Source: Eledone cirrhosa (taxonomy: Eukaryota). Taken from it: 64,000 bases of DNA. A program made the position numbers and the translations under genes. The stretch covers positions 16,616,001 to 16,680,000 of the forward strand of contig OZ024751.1 in assembly GCA_964016885.1 (NCBI GenBank). Direction: 5' to 3'. Shown here piece by piece: positions 41,203 to 54,650 of this stretch (the first letter of the stretch is position 1; each line of letters starts with the position of its first letter). The notes below the pieces were generated by a model that saw nothing but the letters and a program-made list of their open reading frames with translations, ran no database searches and had not been told where the DNA came from.

Positions 41203-41601
41203 TATATATAATATATAATAAATCAATTCAATGGCATTAGTATTAAGAAGCAAGTATGTATACATTTCAAATGTTATAAGATAAAATCTATATATCTATA
41301 TAGGCCGGTGATATAAACATTTCTGCTACAACAAAATAATAGTATTACACATAAATCAATAGTATTACACAGTAAGATTGTATATTGTAAATTAGGCACG
41401 ACAAAATCTATATATACCGTGGATATTAACGCTTTTGTTCCAATAAAATAACATAAAACTTATAAGAGAAATCAATAGTATTAAGAAACAAGTGTGATTT
41501 GTATACTTGTCTTGGATCTCCGTCTATTGTGATGAAGAGTCTTGCACCAAGAATCTGTGTTTTTTACGGTCTGGTCTTTTTGCACGAGTTACGTTGTAGA
41601 C

Positions 41602-43829
41602 CAGAGGTTCTCAAGTGGGTGGTACCGCCCCCCCTCCCGGGGCGGTGTCATTGAGAAAATCCAGGGGTACGCTGGTTCCCAAGGAAGCAGTAGCGGGTGG
41701 TAGAGTTGATATAATAGCATTGACCAACTCATTAAGGCCTTTTCACACTTGGCCTTAATGAGTTGGTCAATGAGTTTCTGCTTGCTGTCAGCTCTATAGA
41801 GTTGACTGGAGAACCACATTTTTCCCCACATTCCGCAGATGTATTCGGCACCAGCGCGCAGATTTGCTCGTTCATCAGGCACAAAAATAAACCCAAGCAA
41901 CAAATAAATTGCTCGGCTATTCCAACCAGCATTTTGCAAATTAGGTAATTTCTTAAAATTGATTTTAGGAAACGCACCGTTTTCAAAGAAATGTTGCACG
42001 GCTATCATGAGATGCTGAAGGAAATCCATGTCACTTCTCCAGCGCGTCGGGGTTTCATTAATTACCGTCGTTCCATTTGAAAAGTTCTGCTTCAGTCGTC
42101 ATAGTTCTTTAAAATGGCCTCAAGAAAGTAATAATTGATATATGGCGAAGTTGTTTTGCTACTATATAGTTGATCAAAATAAACTTCCAATGCACGGTCT
42201 AAAATGTGGTGCTGGCATCCAACAAATAATGGCTTGCTGTAACCGCGACGCGCGAACTCACTGTTTTTGCCGGTATTGACACGAGTTGTGTCGGAGACTT
42301 TCATCACGATAGATTCCCACAGTTCATATTTGTCAATAACTTCTTTCAATCCATTAACTATACTAAGAGCCTTTCCATCGGTTAATGCCACCGGCCTCAG
42401 GCGTATTTCTTTCTCATCAATTTTTACCCCTACAACCTGATATTCTACATCTCTCATTCGTTTTCCATCAAAATGAAGGCTCTATTTTTCCCTTTTGAGT
42501 TCATTTTTCCACTTTTCCATGAGTTTCTCACCTTCTCTGATAACTGCTTTGTGCACTGCCGACTGACTCAGAGTGCTCACCTTAATACCACCACTTTTAA
42601 ATTCGTTGCAAACTGTTGCTGCTTTTCTACTAGGTAATTTAGTATTTCTTACTAGGTTAACAGCATGAGCTGCGTTTTCTCTTTTTCGTTTTTTTTTTTC
42701 TGGTGAAGGTGAAGGTTTGTAATCGCTGGTATTTTTATCGGTGTCACTGTAACTTTCATTTGAGTCCAGATGAATGTATGAGCATGATCTAGTTCTTGTT
42801 TTTTGTTTTCAATTCTCTTAGAAGGATGGATTTTCTTTTCACTGTCTATTTTCATTGTAGTATACCCAGCCTTTCCACAACTCTCAACTTGCTTTTCATA
42901 AAATGACAAATCTTCGGCTGCTAACCATATCCCATATCTTTTTGTAATGTAAAACAGATTATTGAAATTCGCAGAGTCAGGTCTTTTCACTTCTGTTTCC
43001 TTTTTTTAAATTATTTTTTCAATTTTTCGAGGTATTGAAAGTTTGTTGATAGTTGGAAGCTGAACTTTTCCCATAAACTTTCACATTCTCCAGTAATTAT
43101 CTTAATTCTTTTTTTGGTATGTTTCTCTTCAGCAGCGAGAGTGATATATCTATCAACGATCTGTTGCTCAGTAGGTAGCTTGCATAATTCGATAAATGAA
43201 CTTTGAATTTTCGTTTTCCTAGATTTCTTTCTCTTCTCAAAATGACAACTATTTTGTGGCCAAATCTTTTTACTTTCCTGTTTAGCAACTGGATTGTTAT
43301 ACATCTGAAATTTATAATATTAATATAATATAATTATAAATATTAAAATATATTAATAAATATACCTCGCAAATTTTAATTTATTCTATTTATGTATTTT
43401 ATGAATTTTATGAACAGATTAAACTGGCAAATAAGTGATGAACAAGCAATAAAGTTGATCCATTAAAAAATTTGAAGAATACTATATTTTATAAACTGTT
43501 AAATTGCACACTATATTTTTATTACATACACACGTATATCGTATATGCAATTCTATATTAGTTAATCAATGTTAAAGAATCTACCTTGTGAAAGAGTTTT
43601 TGAAAATTCTAATATTTTTTAACATGCTCACAAGTATTTTCTAGTAAGAGTTCATCTGAAAATGGCATGCTCATTTATTTTTTTAACAAAAGTGTACTTT
43701 AGGAATATGCCTCTGTACAGGCAATATTTTTTAGAATGCTGTTGATGTGTGTATACATTTGTTTGAGACAACCTGTGTGAGGGTATGACAATTAGTGGGG
43801 TGGTCGCCCGAAACGTTTGGGAACCTCTG
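41602..43829. mobile_element. hAT (Buster/Charlie-type ends) element, 2228 bp
   Basis: TIRs CAGAGGTTCTCAA / TTGGGAACCTCTG. Perfect 8-bp TSD TTGTAGAC at 41594-41601 and 43830-43837. Confidence 0.9.
41730..43304 (-). pseudogene. Fragmented DDE transposase of the HFDGK / DTTxVNTG / CxHH type (hAT-related, tentatively hATm-like), 3'-truncated
   Basis: LHFDGK (about 42460-42480), SDTTRVNTG, GCQHHILD, and AGWNSRAIY (expected ARW) spread over frameshifted ORFs. Confidence 0.8.
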
Positions 43830-44394
43830 TTGTAGACAAACATCTACTAACATTAAGTTATAATGAGTGATTTGCATCATGGTGATATAAGTGGCTTATT
43901 TGTTTAGAATTTCTAGCGCTAGATTAGCAAAGAAGCTCTGCAAAAGTCATTTAATGGTATACGGATTATGGATTTTAGTAATAAGTAAGGTGGGAGGTAA
44001 TACTGACCAGCATTGCTTTCATTCTGTACACAAAATAACAAGCAAAACCTACCACAAAGGGGTATACCCTTAACGTATTTCTCAGAGTAATTGAGCGTAA
44101 AACAGTGTTTAGCAAAGATGACTCTTTGAAATTTCCCTCTAGTTTAACGAAGAGTCTTCTAGCTTATTTGATCAATGGAATAGCCTGCAAAATAACCTGC
44201 ATGTAGCTGAACCTACTTCAGAGATGTATACTCTTAACGCATTTCTCAGAGTAATTCAGCATAAGACAGTGTTTGACAAAGCTTGCTCTTTGAAATACAA
44301 GTGCACATTATTTTATATCTCATGTTAGATTTATGCCGATCTCGTTTTAATGCCTCGGGAAAGAATCGCTGGGCAGATTTAAACAGGCAAAACT

Positions 44395-44610
44395 ATCGAG
44401 TAGGAGTACCAGAGGTAGACTCCGAGTGAGATGGTTGGATAACATCCATGAGCTTGGCATCCAGCCGGATCAATTGACAGGACTCACTGGAAGAAGTACT
44501 TGAGGACTCTGCCTCCATGACCCTCCATGAAGAAGAAGAAGAAGAAGAAGAAGAAGAAGAAGAAGAAGAAGAAGAAGAAGAAGAAGAAGAAGAAGAAGAA
44601 GAAGAAGAAA
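44395..44610 (+). mobile_element. RTE LINE extreme 3' end with (GAA)n tail
   Basis: Plus frame RGRLRVRWLDNI fits the RGRP-x-x-RWLD motif and is followed by (GAA)n. Confidence 0.65.
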
Positions 44611-45965
44611 GAGGAGACGACGACAAAGAAGAAGAAAAGAAACAGAAGAAAAAGAAAAAAAAGTTAGATGGGCTGGGATGAGGTGAAAACAGTTTTTTTT
44701 AATTGGCTCATGTATATAAATTCTATCAGGAATCGACAGCAAGACCTTACAATAGTGAGCGGATCACCTTAACCATCAAGATACGCAGCTTCAGGAGATG
44801 CATGGGTCGCTATTGCAAATTAAATAGTTTCTACCATTGGCACAAGACTGTGAATTTGTTGTTTTTTGTAAACGAGTGTAATCTAGACTATATGAACTAC
44901 AGTGCTTACGAGGTTTGGCTGGAAAGGTCAGATGGTTCACTACGGAGTAGTGATGATAGAGCTGTGAAATCTTGCATGCATTAATTTCAACTCTTATTAA
45001 TAACAATTTTTGATTTATGCACAAGGCCAACCATTTTGGGGAGGAGAAAGTCGATTAAATCGACTCCAGTACGTCACTGCTACATTATTTTATCAGCCCC
45101 CGCAAAGATGATAGACAAAGGTAACCTCAGAGGGATTTGAAATCAGAACGCAAAGAGCCGTAACTATGGCGCGAAGCATGGTGTCCGACACACTAATGAT
45201 TTCGCCACTCCGCCCCCTACTCATCTTATTAATAAGGGACTATGTGTAAAAAGAAAACCTTACTTTGTCATTCCATGAGAGTATCTTGGTTAGCCTATGA
45301 ACTTTATAGCCGACCCTTGTGAATAGTACTCTATTTTATCGGGCGTCGGTGGGGATGAAATGCAAATTTGACCTCGGTAGGATTTGAATCCAGAACGTAG
45401 ATGATCGTAAAGCAACACAGCAGTTCATTTCATCCGATGCTCTTCCAATTCTACCAATCCACCATCAGTCAATAGCAAATACTATGAGATAAAATCTATA
45501 TACACCCATGAATATCCTCAACTCATTTGCTACCACAATATCATAAAAACAACGTGTATAAGAAATCTATAGAATTAACAGCAAAGTTTGTATGGTGAAA
45601 ATCATTGAATAGCTACATCGTTATTCGTATCACTTGATACGATTTCACTTTGTACATTAAGTTAAATCTAATGCACTGTAAAGCAAATCAATAAATTTTC
45701 TTCCATCGATTTTAAATGATAAATATCAAAGATTGGGAGGAAATGTAATATTTCTTAAAATGCAGCACACGAACATATCGTATGTTACTAATTTTCCTTT
45801 CCTCTTCTTTCTTCTCGTATCACCCGCTGGCGTCGTAGTAGCGCCGTATTATTAAACATAGTTTCTTAAGCATTTTAAATCTGTCGGAGCTCTCTGAGTT
45901 CAAATACGACAGAGGCTAACTTTGCCTTTCATTCTTTCGACTTCGATAAAAAAAAGTACCAGTAT

Positions 45966-46411
45966 AGTACTGGGGTTGATTCTTCCTCTATCTTTCTCAC
46001 TTTTACAAGGATAGGTTGAGAGAGAGAGAGTGTAAGGGAAAGAGAAATAGAAGAAGAATCAACCCAGTACTAGATTAGTACTGGGGTTGATTCTTCCTCT
46101 ATCTTTCTCTCTTTTACAAGGATAGGTTGAGAGGGAGAGAGTGTGGGGGAAAGAGAAATAGAAGAAGAATCAACCCCAGTACTAGGTTAGTACTGGGGTT
46201 GATTCTTCCTCTATCTTTCTCTCTTTTACAAGGATAGGTTGAGAGAGAGAGAGTGTGGGGGAAAGAGAAATAGAAGAAGAATCAACCCAGTACTAGATTA
46301 GTACTGGGGTTGATTCTTCCTTTATCTTTCTCACTTTCACAAGGATAGGTTGAAAGAGAGAGAGTGTGGGGGAAAGAGAAATAGAAGAAGAATCAACCCC
46401 AGTACTAGATT
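45966..46411. repeat. Four tandem 111-112 bp fold-back units between two tail-to-tail SINEs
   Basis: Unit starts (AGTACTGGGG) at 45966, 46077, 46189 and 46300. Each unit has inverted ends AGTACTGGGGTTGATTCTTC / GAAGAATCAACCC(C)AGTACT. Confidence 0.9.
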
Positions 46412-47246
46412 AGTACTTTTTTGTCGACCACGAAAGGAGGAAAGGCAAAGTCGATATAGGTGATATTTGAACCCAGAGAGTAGAAAGCCAGAAGAAATAC
46501 TGCAAAATAGACTGTCCGACGTTCTATCGATTCTGCCAATTCGCCGCCTTGCTAATCATACACAAAAACAAAAAAATCAAAACAACAAACAGCGGAGGAC
46601 GCGTTTCGCACCTTTCCGACAGACAACCTTTCCCCCACTCCGGAAAAAAACCCCAGTTGATGGATGTGAATCCGAAATATATAGGGACAATTAAATCTCT
46701 CCCAAGGTAACTCTCTCTCGTGTTGTTATTTTTATTTTATCCTTTATACTCTTTCCATCATTCCTCTACACGTCTTATACACACCACGCATCTCAACGTA
46801 CACCCATTTACATCTCTCTCTCCACCACCGGATCTTGTTACCCGGAGATTTACCCATTTGCATTGTCGACGCTTCCAAACGACTTAAAGATATTTACATA
46901 TAAATATAAGTTTAAATATTTGGAAGGCCGACAATGCGTGCAAGATTAAAATTGCAAAGGTAATAGGAATTATAGAGAATAAAAGGATTGATAAAAGAGT
47001 GAGAAAGCTTGATCAAGAGGGGTTCCTTAATTATCAGCGTGCCTATACAAATATATATTTGGACAACCACAAAACCTCTCTAGTTTCTATGTATGGACCA
47101 GTAACACCTGAAGAGGTCATTGAGGTGCCATATTAACATACGGTATTTTTAGGACATTGTCTCCGTGACCTAGCGGTAGCTATTAGAGACGGTGGAGAAC
47201 CTAGCCTTGGGTTCAATCCTGATCGAGAGGTACATGTAAACTTAAG

Positions 47247-47436
47247 GGCGGTGGATTGACAGTATCCGTAGAGGGTCGGACGCCATGCTTTTCAGCATAG
47301 TTACGTACCTTTACGGTCTGAGTTCAAATCCCGCCGAGGTTAACTTTGCTTTTCATCCTTTTGGGGCCGATAAAATAAAGTACCAGTAATACACTGGGCA
47401 ATTGCTGGCCTTGTGCCAAAAGTAGAAACAATTATT
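47247..47436 (+). mobile_element. Full-length tRNA-derived Meta-type SINE. Many more copies, at about 5840, 8800, 11336, 13845, 28455, 33955, 35815, 36968, 38960, 39280, 39750, 45005, 45320, 45870, 46412, 48585, 48925 and 59735/59980
   Basis: A-box TGACAGTATCCG, B-box GAGTTCAAATCC, central GC(C/T)TTTCATCCTT..GGGG(T/C)CGATAAAATAAAGTACCAG resembling the MetaSINE domain, and an (ATT)n tail. Confidence 0.85.
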
Positions 47437-47709
47437 AAACCAGGCGGAACCCATCTCTGCTCCACGTCTGAATATAGCAGATTTCTTCTAGAGAAAGATA
47501 GAGAGTGAGAGAAAGAAATAGAGACTGGTATAGAGAGCGCGGGCGAGAGAGAAGGTGTGTGGGTATTTGTATATGTGAGTGGGGGGGGGGGGCACACACG
47601 CATATATCTACATATGCACACACGCACACATGCATATACGTAGACAGGCATATACAGAAACACTCACACACATATTCGTATGAATGATGTGTGCCTGCCC
47701 ATGCATTCT

Positions 47710-48182
47710 TACACATACATGTATACATACGCGCACACACAGATACACATATAAACGCGTCCCATACAGGCACACATACACTCAGAATACACATACATGT
47801 ATACATACGCGCACACACAGATACACATATAAACGCGTCCCATACAGGCACACATACACTCAGAATACACATACATGTATACATACGCGCGCACACACAG
47901 ATACACACATACACACGTTCCATACAGGTACACATACACGCAGAATACACATAGATGTATACATACGCGCACACACAGATACACACATACACAAGTCCGA
48001 TACAGGCACACATACACACAGAATACACATACATGTATACATTTCGTGCGCACATACAGATACACATACATGCGTCCTATACAGGCACACATACACGCAG
48101 AATACACATACATGTATACATACGCGCGCACACACAGATACACACATACATGCGTCCTATACAGGCACACATACACGCAGAA
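47710..48182. repeat. 58-60 bp minisatellite, about 8 units
   Basis: ACACATACATGTATACATACGCGCACACACAGATACAC...ATACAGGCACACATACAC.CAGAAT repeated. Confidence 0.9.
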
Positions 48183-48539
48183 ATATATATAGCATTCAAG
48201 CTGCCCATGTAATTTCAGATAGTTATCGTCATACGGTAACTTTGTTTACGTTAAACATATATCTCCAGCAACAGTTTTCTGTGAATTTCAAACCAGCTTG
48301 CCAAAAAAAAAAAGAGAAAAATTTTCACAGCGAATATTATATTCAGTTGTAACTCTAATTACAGTATAATCCGAACAAAGACAGGAACATATTCTAGTTC
48401 TTTTGACTCTAAACAAGGCAAGAAGAATGTTTGATTTACACTAAGATACCTGCCAATATACTTTTCAATATGTAAAACGAACGGATTTATTCTTTACAGA
48501 CAAGAGATATAATCAGTCTGAACAAATTAACGCTTTGGA

Positions 48540-48572
<33 letters not shown>

Positions 48573-48765
48573 GCAAATAATAGTAATAATTGTTTCTACT
48601 TTTGGCACAAGGCCGCCAATTATCCCAGTGTATTACTGGTACTTTATTTTATCGACCCCTGTAAGGATGAAAGACAAAGTTAACCTCGTAGGGATTTGAA
48701 CTCAGACCGTAAAGGGACGTAACTATGCTAGAAAGCATGGCGTCCAACCCTCTACCGATACTGCC

Positions 48766-48797
<32 letters not shown>

Positions 48798-49034
48798 AGT
48801 AGACAAATTTTCCGTAGAAAATTACTGGAAGTGGAATTAAAATAAGGCATTTAATTATAAACTGCTGTTTCAGTGCTGTAAACAAAATCAAAAAATGACT
48901 AATTGAAATGTTAATTGATATTCCTGCCTTTCATCCTTACGGGGTCGATAAAATAAAGTACCAGTAATTCACTGGTTTTGCTGGCCTTGTGCCTAAAGTA
49001 GAAACAATTATTGTTATTATTATTATTATTATTA

Positions 49035-49069
<35 letters not shown>

Positions 49070-49077
49070 GTTATTAC

Positions 49078-51165
49078 TCTTTGAGTCTCAGTCATTGATG
49101 TTAGTTAACTGGAAAGTTTGTTGAAATGAATATCAAGCCACTACCTGCAGCCTCAGATATTCAGGACGTATCGGAGGGTTCTTGCTGTTCCCAGCAAGCA
49201 TGCTTTTGAAGCGTTCCAAAAAGCGTGGCGGGGGCAATTTTCTTTAACCATCCCTGGAAACTTTTTGAGATAGTACCTAGTGCGCCTATGACAATCGGGA
49301 TCACTTTGACTTCATGGCAGTTCCAAATCCTTTTTACCTCCCACTTTAAGTCCTGGTATCGGTTAATTTTCTCCCTCTCCTTCTCTTGCACTCTCGTGTC
49401 GAATGGGCAGGCCACATCCACAATCAGGCACGATCTTTTTTCTTTGTCCAAAACCACCAGGTCAGGTCTATTGTGTTCCAGTTTCTTGTCCGTCTGTATC
49501 CTAAAATCCCACAGCACCTTCACCTGATCGTTTTCTATCACCGCCTCTGGCTTATGCTCATACCACTTCTCAGAATGTGGTAAATTGTTTACTATGCATA
49601 GGAGCCAGTGGATCACCCTGCCCATCACATCATGTCTCCAGCCCTTATAGTGAGTCTGGGCTAGGTGTTTACACTCGGATACAATGTGAGCCACAGTCTC
49701 CTCTCTCTCTCCACAAATCCTGCACACTGGGCTAGCCTCCTCCTTGTAAATGTGGTGTTTCAACCACTTCGTTTTGAGGGCCTGCTCCTGCGCAGCCATT
49801 AACATTCCTTCTGTAGCCTGTTTAAGGTCTCCTCTTTTCAACCAGTTCCATGTCTGTGGATCTCTAAATTCAGTTTTCTCAAAGAAGGTACTATGAAGGG
49901 ATTTTTCCTGAAGGCTGCTCTTTCTCCTTGATGTTATTTCCTCCTTGGACATCCCCTGGCCTATTGTCTCCTCCTTCAGTACAGTTCTGAGCATTGGCTC
50001 CTTACTATCAGTCACGTATTTGTGTAGGTTGTTTTTCTCCATCTGAACACACTCCTCTATGCTGATAAGACCTCTTCCACCTTCAGATCTCCTTAAGTAG
50101 AGTCTATCGACATCACTCCTCTTGTGGAACATATTTTAGATAGTCAATAGCTTCCTAGTCTTCCTATCCATTTCTTTTTGTTCAGCAACATTCCATCTCA
50201 GAATTCCCGCACTGTACCTAATAATAGACACAGCTCGGGAATTTACTGCACTTATGGCATTCCTACTGTTCAGATGTGACTTTAATACGCTCCTTACTCT
50301 CCGAAGGTATTCAGTTCTTATCAATTCCTTCATTATTTTGTTCTTGATGTCATCAGCCTCCAGAACGCCCAAATACTTGTATCCTTCCTCAGAGTCAATT
50401 TCCTTTATCATCTCACCTGTTGGTATCTGGATTCCGTTACTTCTGCTCAACTTACCTCTCCTCATTACAATGACTCCACACTTACTAATACCAAATTGCA
50501 TACATATATCATTGCTGAAAATACGGACAGTGTCAACAAGCACATTCAACTCCTTCTCACTCTTCCCGAAGAGCTTAAGATCGTCCATGAAGAGGAGGTA
50601 GATTGATGGTAAGCCCTCCCTTTCCCAACCTGTATCCTGCTCTCACTTTTCGCAGTACACTGGTCAGGGGCATCAGGGCAAGGACAAACAACAGAGGGGA
50701 CAGACTATCTCCCTGGAAGATACCTCTCTTGATCTTCACGCTTCCCAGGGATTCTCCAGTTGATGTTAACTCTGTTTCCCAGGACTTCATACTTTTGCCC
50801 AACAACTGTCTGATGTTATCTGCTACCTTGAAGATCTCCAGGCTTTTGGTGATCCAAGAATGAGGCACCATGTCAAATGCCTTTTTGTAGTCTATCCATC
50901 CCATGGCAAGACCAGTGTGTCTCCTCTTGCAATTCCTCATTACCATCTTATCAATAAGTAACTCGTCCTTTGTACCACGTGACTTCTTTCGGCATCCTTT
51001 CTGTTCGTCCGGTAACAAGTTGTTTGTGTGGAGGTGATGGTAGATTTCCTCAGACATAATGCTTGTCAACAGTTTCCACATTACGGACAGACATGTGATA
51101 GGTCTATAGTTGGTAACATCATTACCCTTGATTCGGTCTTTCATTATCAGAACTGTGGTACCTTT
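49078..51165 (-). mobile_element. R4/Dong-type non-LTR retrotransposon, 5'-truncated (RT, CCHC, RLE), two clear internal frameshifts, (TAA)n at the 3' end
   Basis: [57 protein letters not shown]...HIVSEC, RHD, RPDLVV...IVDVACP. Confidence 0.95.
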
Positions 51166-51338
51166 TTTATCATAGAGATGAAGCATACGTTTCATTGTAA
51201 TGTAGTGTTTGAATGTCTCACTTAGTTTTTCCCTTTCCTTCTCTGTCCGTCCGTTTGTTTTTCTCTCCATTTTTATTTCCTTTACGTTTCTCGTTGTTGC
51301 TGTGCTGCTTTGACTTTTATTTTTTATTTTTTTTTGTT

Positions 51339-52060
51339 TTGACCGGGTCATCAATTCAGTCTATTTATATATTTTGATGCCTTCCTCTTTTCGTGAGAAT
51401 TCTACAATGTGGCAGGGGCTAGCGGGAGAGAATAGCGGCGGTAGTGACAATGAGGCAGCGGCGACGGCGGCGATGGCGGTGCTGTGCCAGCAGCAACTAT
51501 CAGGAGGTAGTGGGAGAGAATAGCGGCGGTAGCGATAATGAGGCAGCGGCGGTGGCGATGTGGTCGTATTACTGTAGCGATGGTGTTGAAGATGGAGTAG
51601 AAATTTGAGTCGACTTGACCAGAGTTTTCATCGTGGCAGTGGTGGTGGCACTGGTGGTGAAATTATCATTAGTCGCGTATATGTGTTGACATATTTTCTT
51701 AATACTGGAATTAAACATTTTGTTAAAACTAAAACTTTATTTATTTATTTATTTTTTTTTTTTGACCGGGTCATCAATTCAGTCTATTTATATATGTTGA
51801 TGTTTTCCTCTTTTAGTGAGAATTCTACAATGTAGCATGGGGTAGCGGGAGAGAATAGCGGCGGTAGTGATATTGAGGCAGCGGCGGCGGTGGTGGTGGT
51901 GGCGCTGTGCCAGCAGCAACTAGCAGGAGGTAGTGGGAGAGAGTAGCGGTGGTAGCGATAATGAGGCAGTGGTGGTGGTGATGTGGTCGTATTACTGTAG
52001 TGATGGTGTTGAAATTGGAGTAGAAATTTGAGTCGACTTGATCAGAGTTTTCATCGTTAT
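51339..52060. repeat. Diverged direct duplication, period about 423 bp, with internal G-rich repeats
   Basis: GACCGGGTCATCAATTCAGTCTATTTATAT at 51341 and 51764; the arms align for about 290 bp. Confidence 0.85.
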
Positions 52061-52061
52061 G

Positions 52062-52134
<73 letters not shown>

Positions 52135-52141
52135 TTATTAT

Positions 52142-53346
52142 TACAGCTGCATTTATCTTGCTTTATGTTCATACGAGTTATCACCAAGTCACAACCAGTG
52201 ACCTCAAGAGAAAACAAGGTCCGCCATATTCAAGAAAGAACATACATACTCACACATGCATCTTTAGGTGTTTTGACTTGTGATGTACTTATATTGACAG
52301 AATCTTCCTTAGTATATGGGCAGTTCCCATTAGTACTATCTTTTGTATTTCTCCTATACGCAGGTTTCCTGGGATTTGCGAAAAGTAATCATTAGCCCCC
52401 TTAGGTATCATTCCTAGAGCGCCTACAACCACTAGTATTGTTTAAGTTCTCAATTTCCACATTTTTCCAATTTCTATCTCCAGGTCCTTATACTTGCTCA
52501 ATTTTTCAAATGTTTTTATAGATACATTCTTGTCTATTGGAACGGACATATCAATTAGCAGGCATACCCTCTTTTTAAAGTCCTTCAGTATTATATCAGG
52601 TCTATTTGCATCTATTTTTCGGTTTTTTTGGATGCTAAAATTCCACAAGATTGAGATGTGATCTTTTTCAAGTATGGGAGGTGGTTGATGCTTCCACCAA
52701 TTCTTTTGATGGGGCAGGTCAAAATGCTTACACATTATCCAATGTATGTATTGTGCAGCTCTGTCATGCCTGTTTAGGTATTCGGTTGGAGCTATAGGAC
52801 TACACATTGAAATTATATGATCAATGGTCTCTGTTGTTTTTTACATACACGGCATAATGGGCTGCATCCATTTTTTATTATGTTGGCTTGGTAATTTTTT
52901 GGTTGGCAGACACTGATCTTGTGCTGATATAATCAGTCCTTCAGTCTCCGATTTCAGTCCAGAGGATGCCATCCACTGATGGGTTAAAGTTTTGTCAACA
53001 TCAGGATTGTTAGCACGTGCTGGGTATTTTCCATACAGAGGCTTTTCTTGCCATTTTTGGCCAGTCTCTGTAGCAGTTCTTTCTTTGCAGTTACTTTTAC
53101 GTGCTTTGCTTTTTCTGTGTTTTCCATTTCAGCAGTAAATGGGACTTCTGAAATTTGTAGTCCATTACTGTATCTTTGTACATCTTTTGTAATGAAGTAT
53201 GATCTTTTGATGCTTTCGTGTTTCAAAACGAGTTTGATCATCCAATCATGTGATTCCCTTAGATATGTAGATAATCCGATTGTTGCAGTTTTCAACGCAA
53301 TATCTAACTGGATTAACCCACGTCCTCCTTCTTTCCTAGGGAGATA
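52142..53346 (-). mobile_element. Second R4/Dong-type fragment, flanked by (TAA)n on both sides
   Basis: YLPRKEGGRGL, YLNRHD, RPDIILKD...LIDMSVP, KYKDLEIEI. Confidence 0.9.
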
Positions 53347-53440
<94 letters not shown>

Positions 53441-53441
53441 A

Positions 53442-53478
<37 letters not shown>

Positions 53479-53554
53479 TATATATCATATATATATACAC
53501 ATTATATATATATTTATATGATACATGTATGCTTACACAAACCCAGACGCACAC

Positions 53555-53603
<49 letters not shown>

Positions 53604-53615
53604 CATATATATATA

Positions 53616-53679
<64 letters not shown>

Positions 53680-53763
53680 TATATAAAAATACATGTATAT
53701 GTATATATATATACATATATATATATATCTAAATATATATATATATCTAAATATATATATATG

Positions 53764-53847
<84 letters not shown>

Positions 53848-53860
53848 TATACATATATAT

Positions 53861-53930
<70 letters not shown>

Positions 53931-53999
53931 CATTATAAAGAAAGAAGAAACATTAGTCATAAAGAAAAAAAAATATAGATACCTAATATTCATCGACAT

Positions 54000-54099
54000 C
54001 CTCGACTGCGCAGTTTCGTGGCTACTTTGCAAAAAACATTGCATCATAGAGATGTAGTATTTTTGTGAGGTTTGCCAACTTATCAAGAAAATACCTCAT
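54000..54099 (-). ncRNA. Decayed hammerhead homologous to 21156-21258
   Basis: GAAA-CTGCGCAG-TC is retained and the flanks align with about 21130-21250, but the CUGANGA half is degenerate. Confidence 0.5.
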
Positions 54100-54338
54100 T
54101 TAAAGTTTCAAAACACGTCCGCAAGGCGTGATAGAGAATCCCGGAAAGGCGGAGGGGGAACTTATCACGGTCAAGAAACAGAATTAAGCCTCTTACAACC
54201 AAGAGAAAAATACCACAAATGGCGGAGGAGTCATTAATATCTAGTCTACAGACGGGGTGGCTAAGGAGGGCTACAAGTGTAAATAGTGTAAGCTTGACAG
54301 CAGTCACTATACTTCCGTGGTTACTCTACCGTACGGAG

Positions 54339-54443
<105 letters not shown>

Positions 54444-54650
54444 TGGGCTAATTCCTTAGTAGTAGTGTTATATATCTGTGGATGGATCAGCTAATAGATT
54501 GCAGAACTATTCTGGCTCCTCTTCGAACAGCAGATTGTTAGATAAACTATTGGACTAGATATAAATGGAGTAAGGAAAAACAGGAAGGAAGTAGATGAGA
54601 GAAAAGATAGAAGGGAAACTCGAGATGAATGTGAGATGCATATTGAGAGA

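Noticed and set aside
44393-44742. Ser-rich and Leu-rich ORFs
   Set aside because: Antisense reading of a LINE 3' end and its (GAA)n tail.
45966-46411. CRISPR-like repeat-spacer array
   Set aside because: The spacers are near-identical, the repeats derive from SINE tails, there are no cas genes and the context is eukaryotic.
47105-47175. CTGAAGA-GGTCA...TGACC
   Set aside because: No GAAA after the putative stem II.
47247-47340. tRNA genes at A-box/B-box motifs
   Set aside because: No cloverleaf, and they continue directly into SINE bodies.
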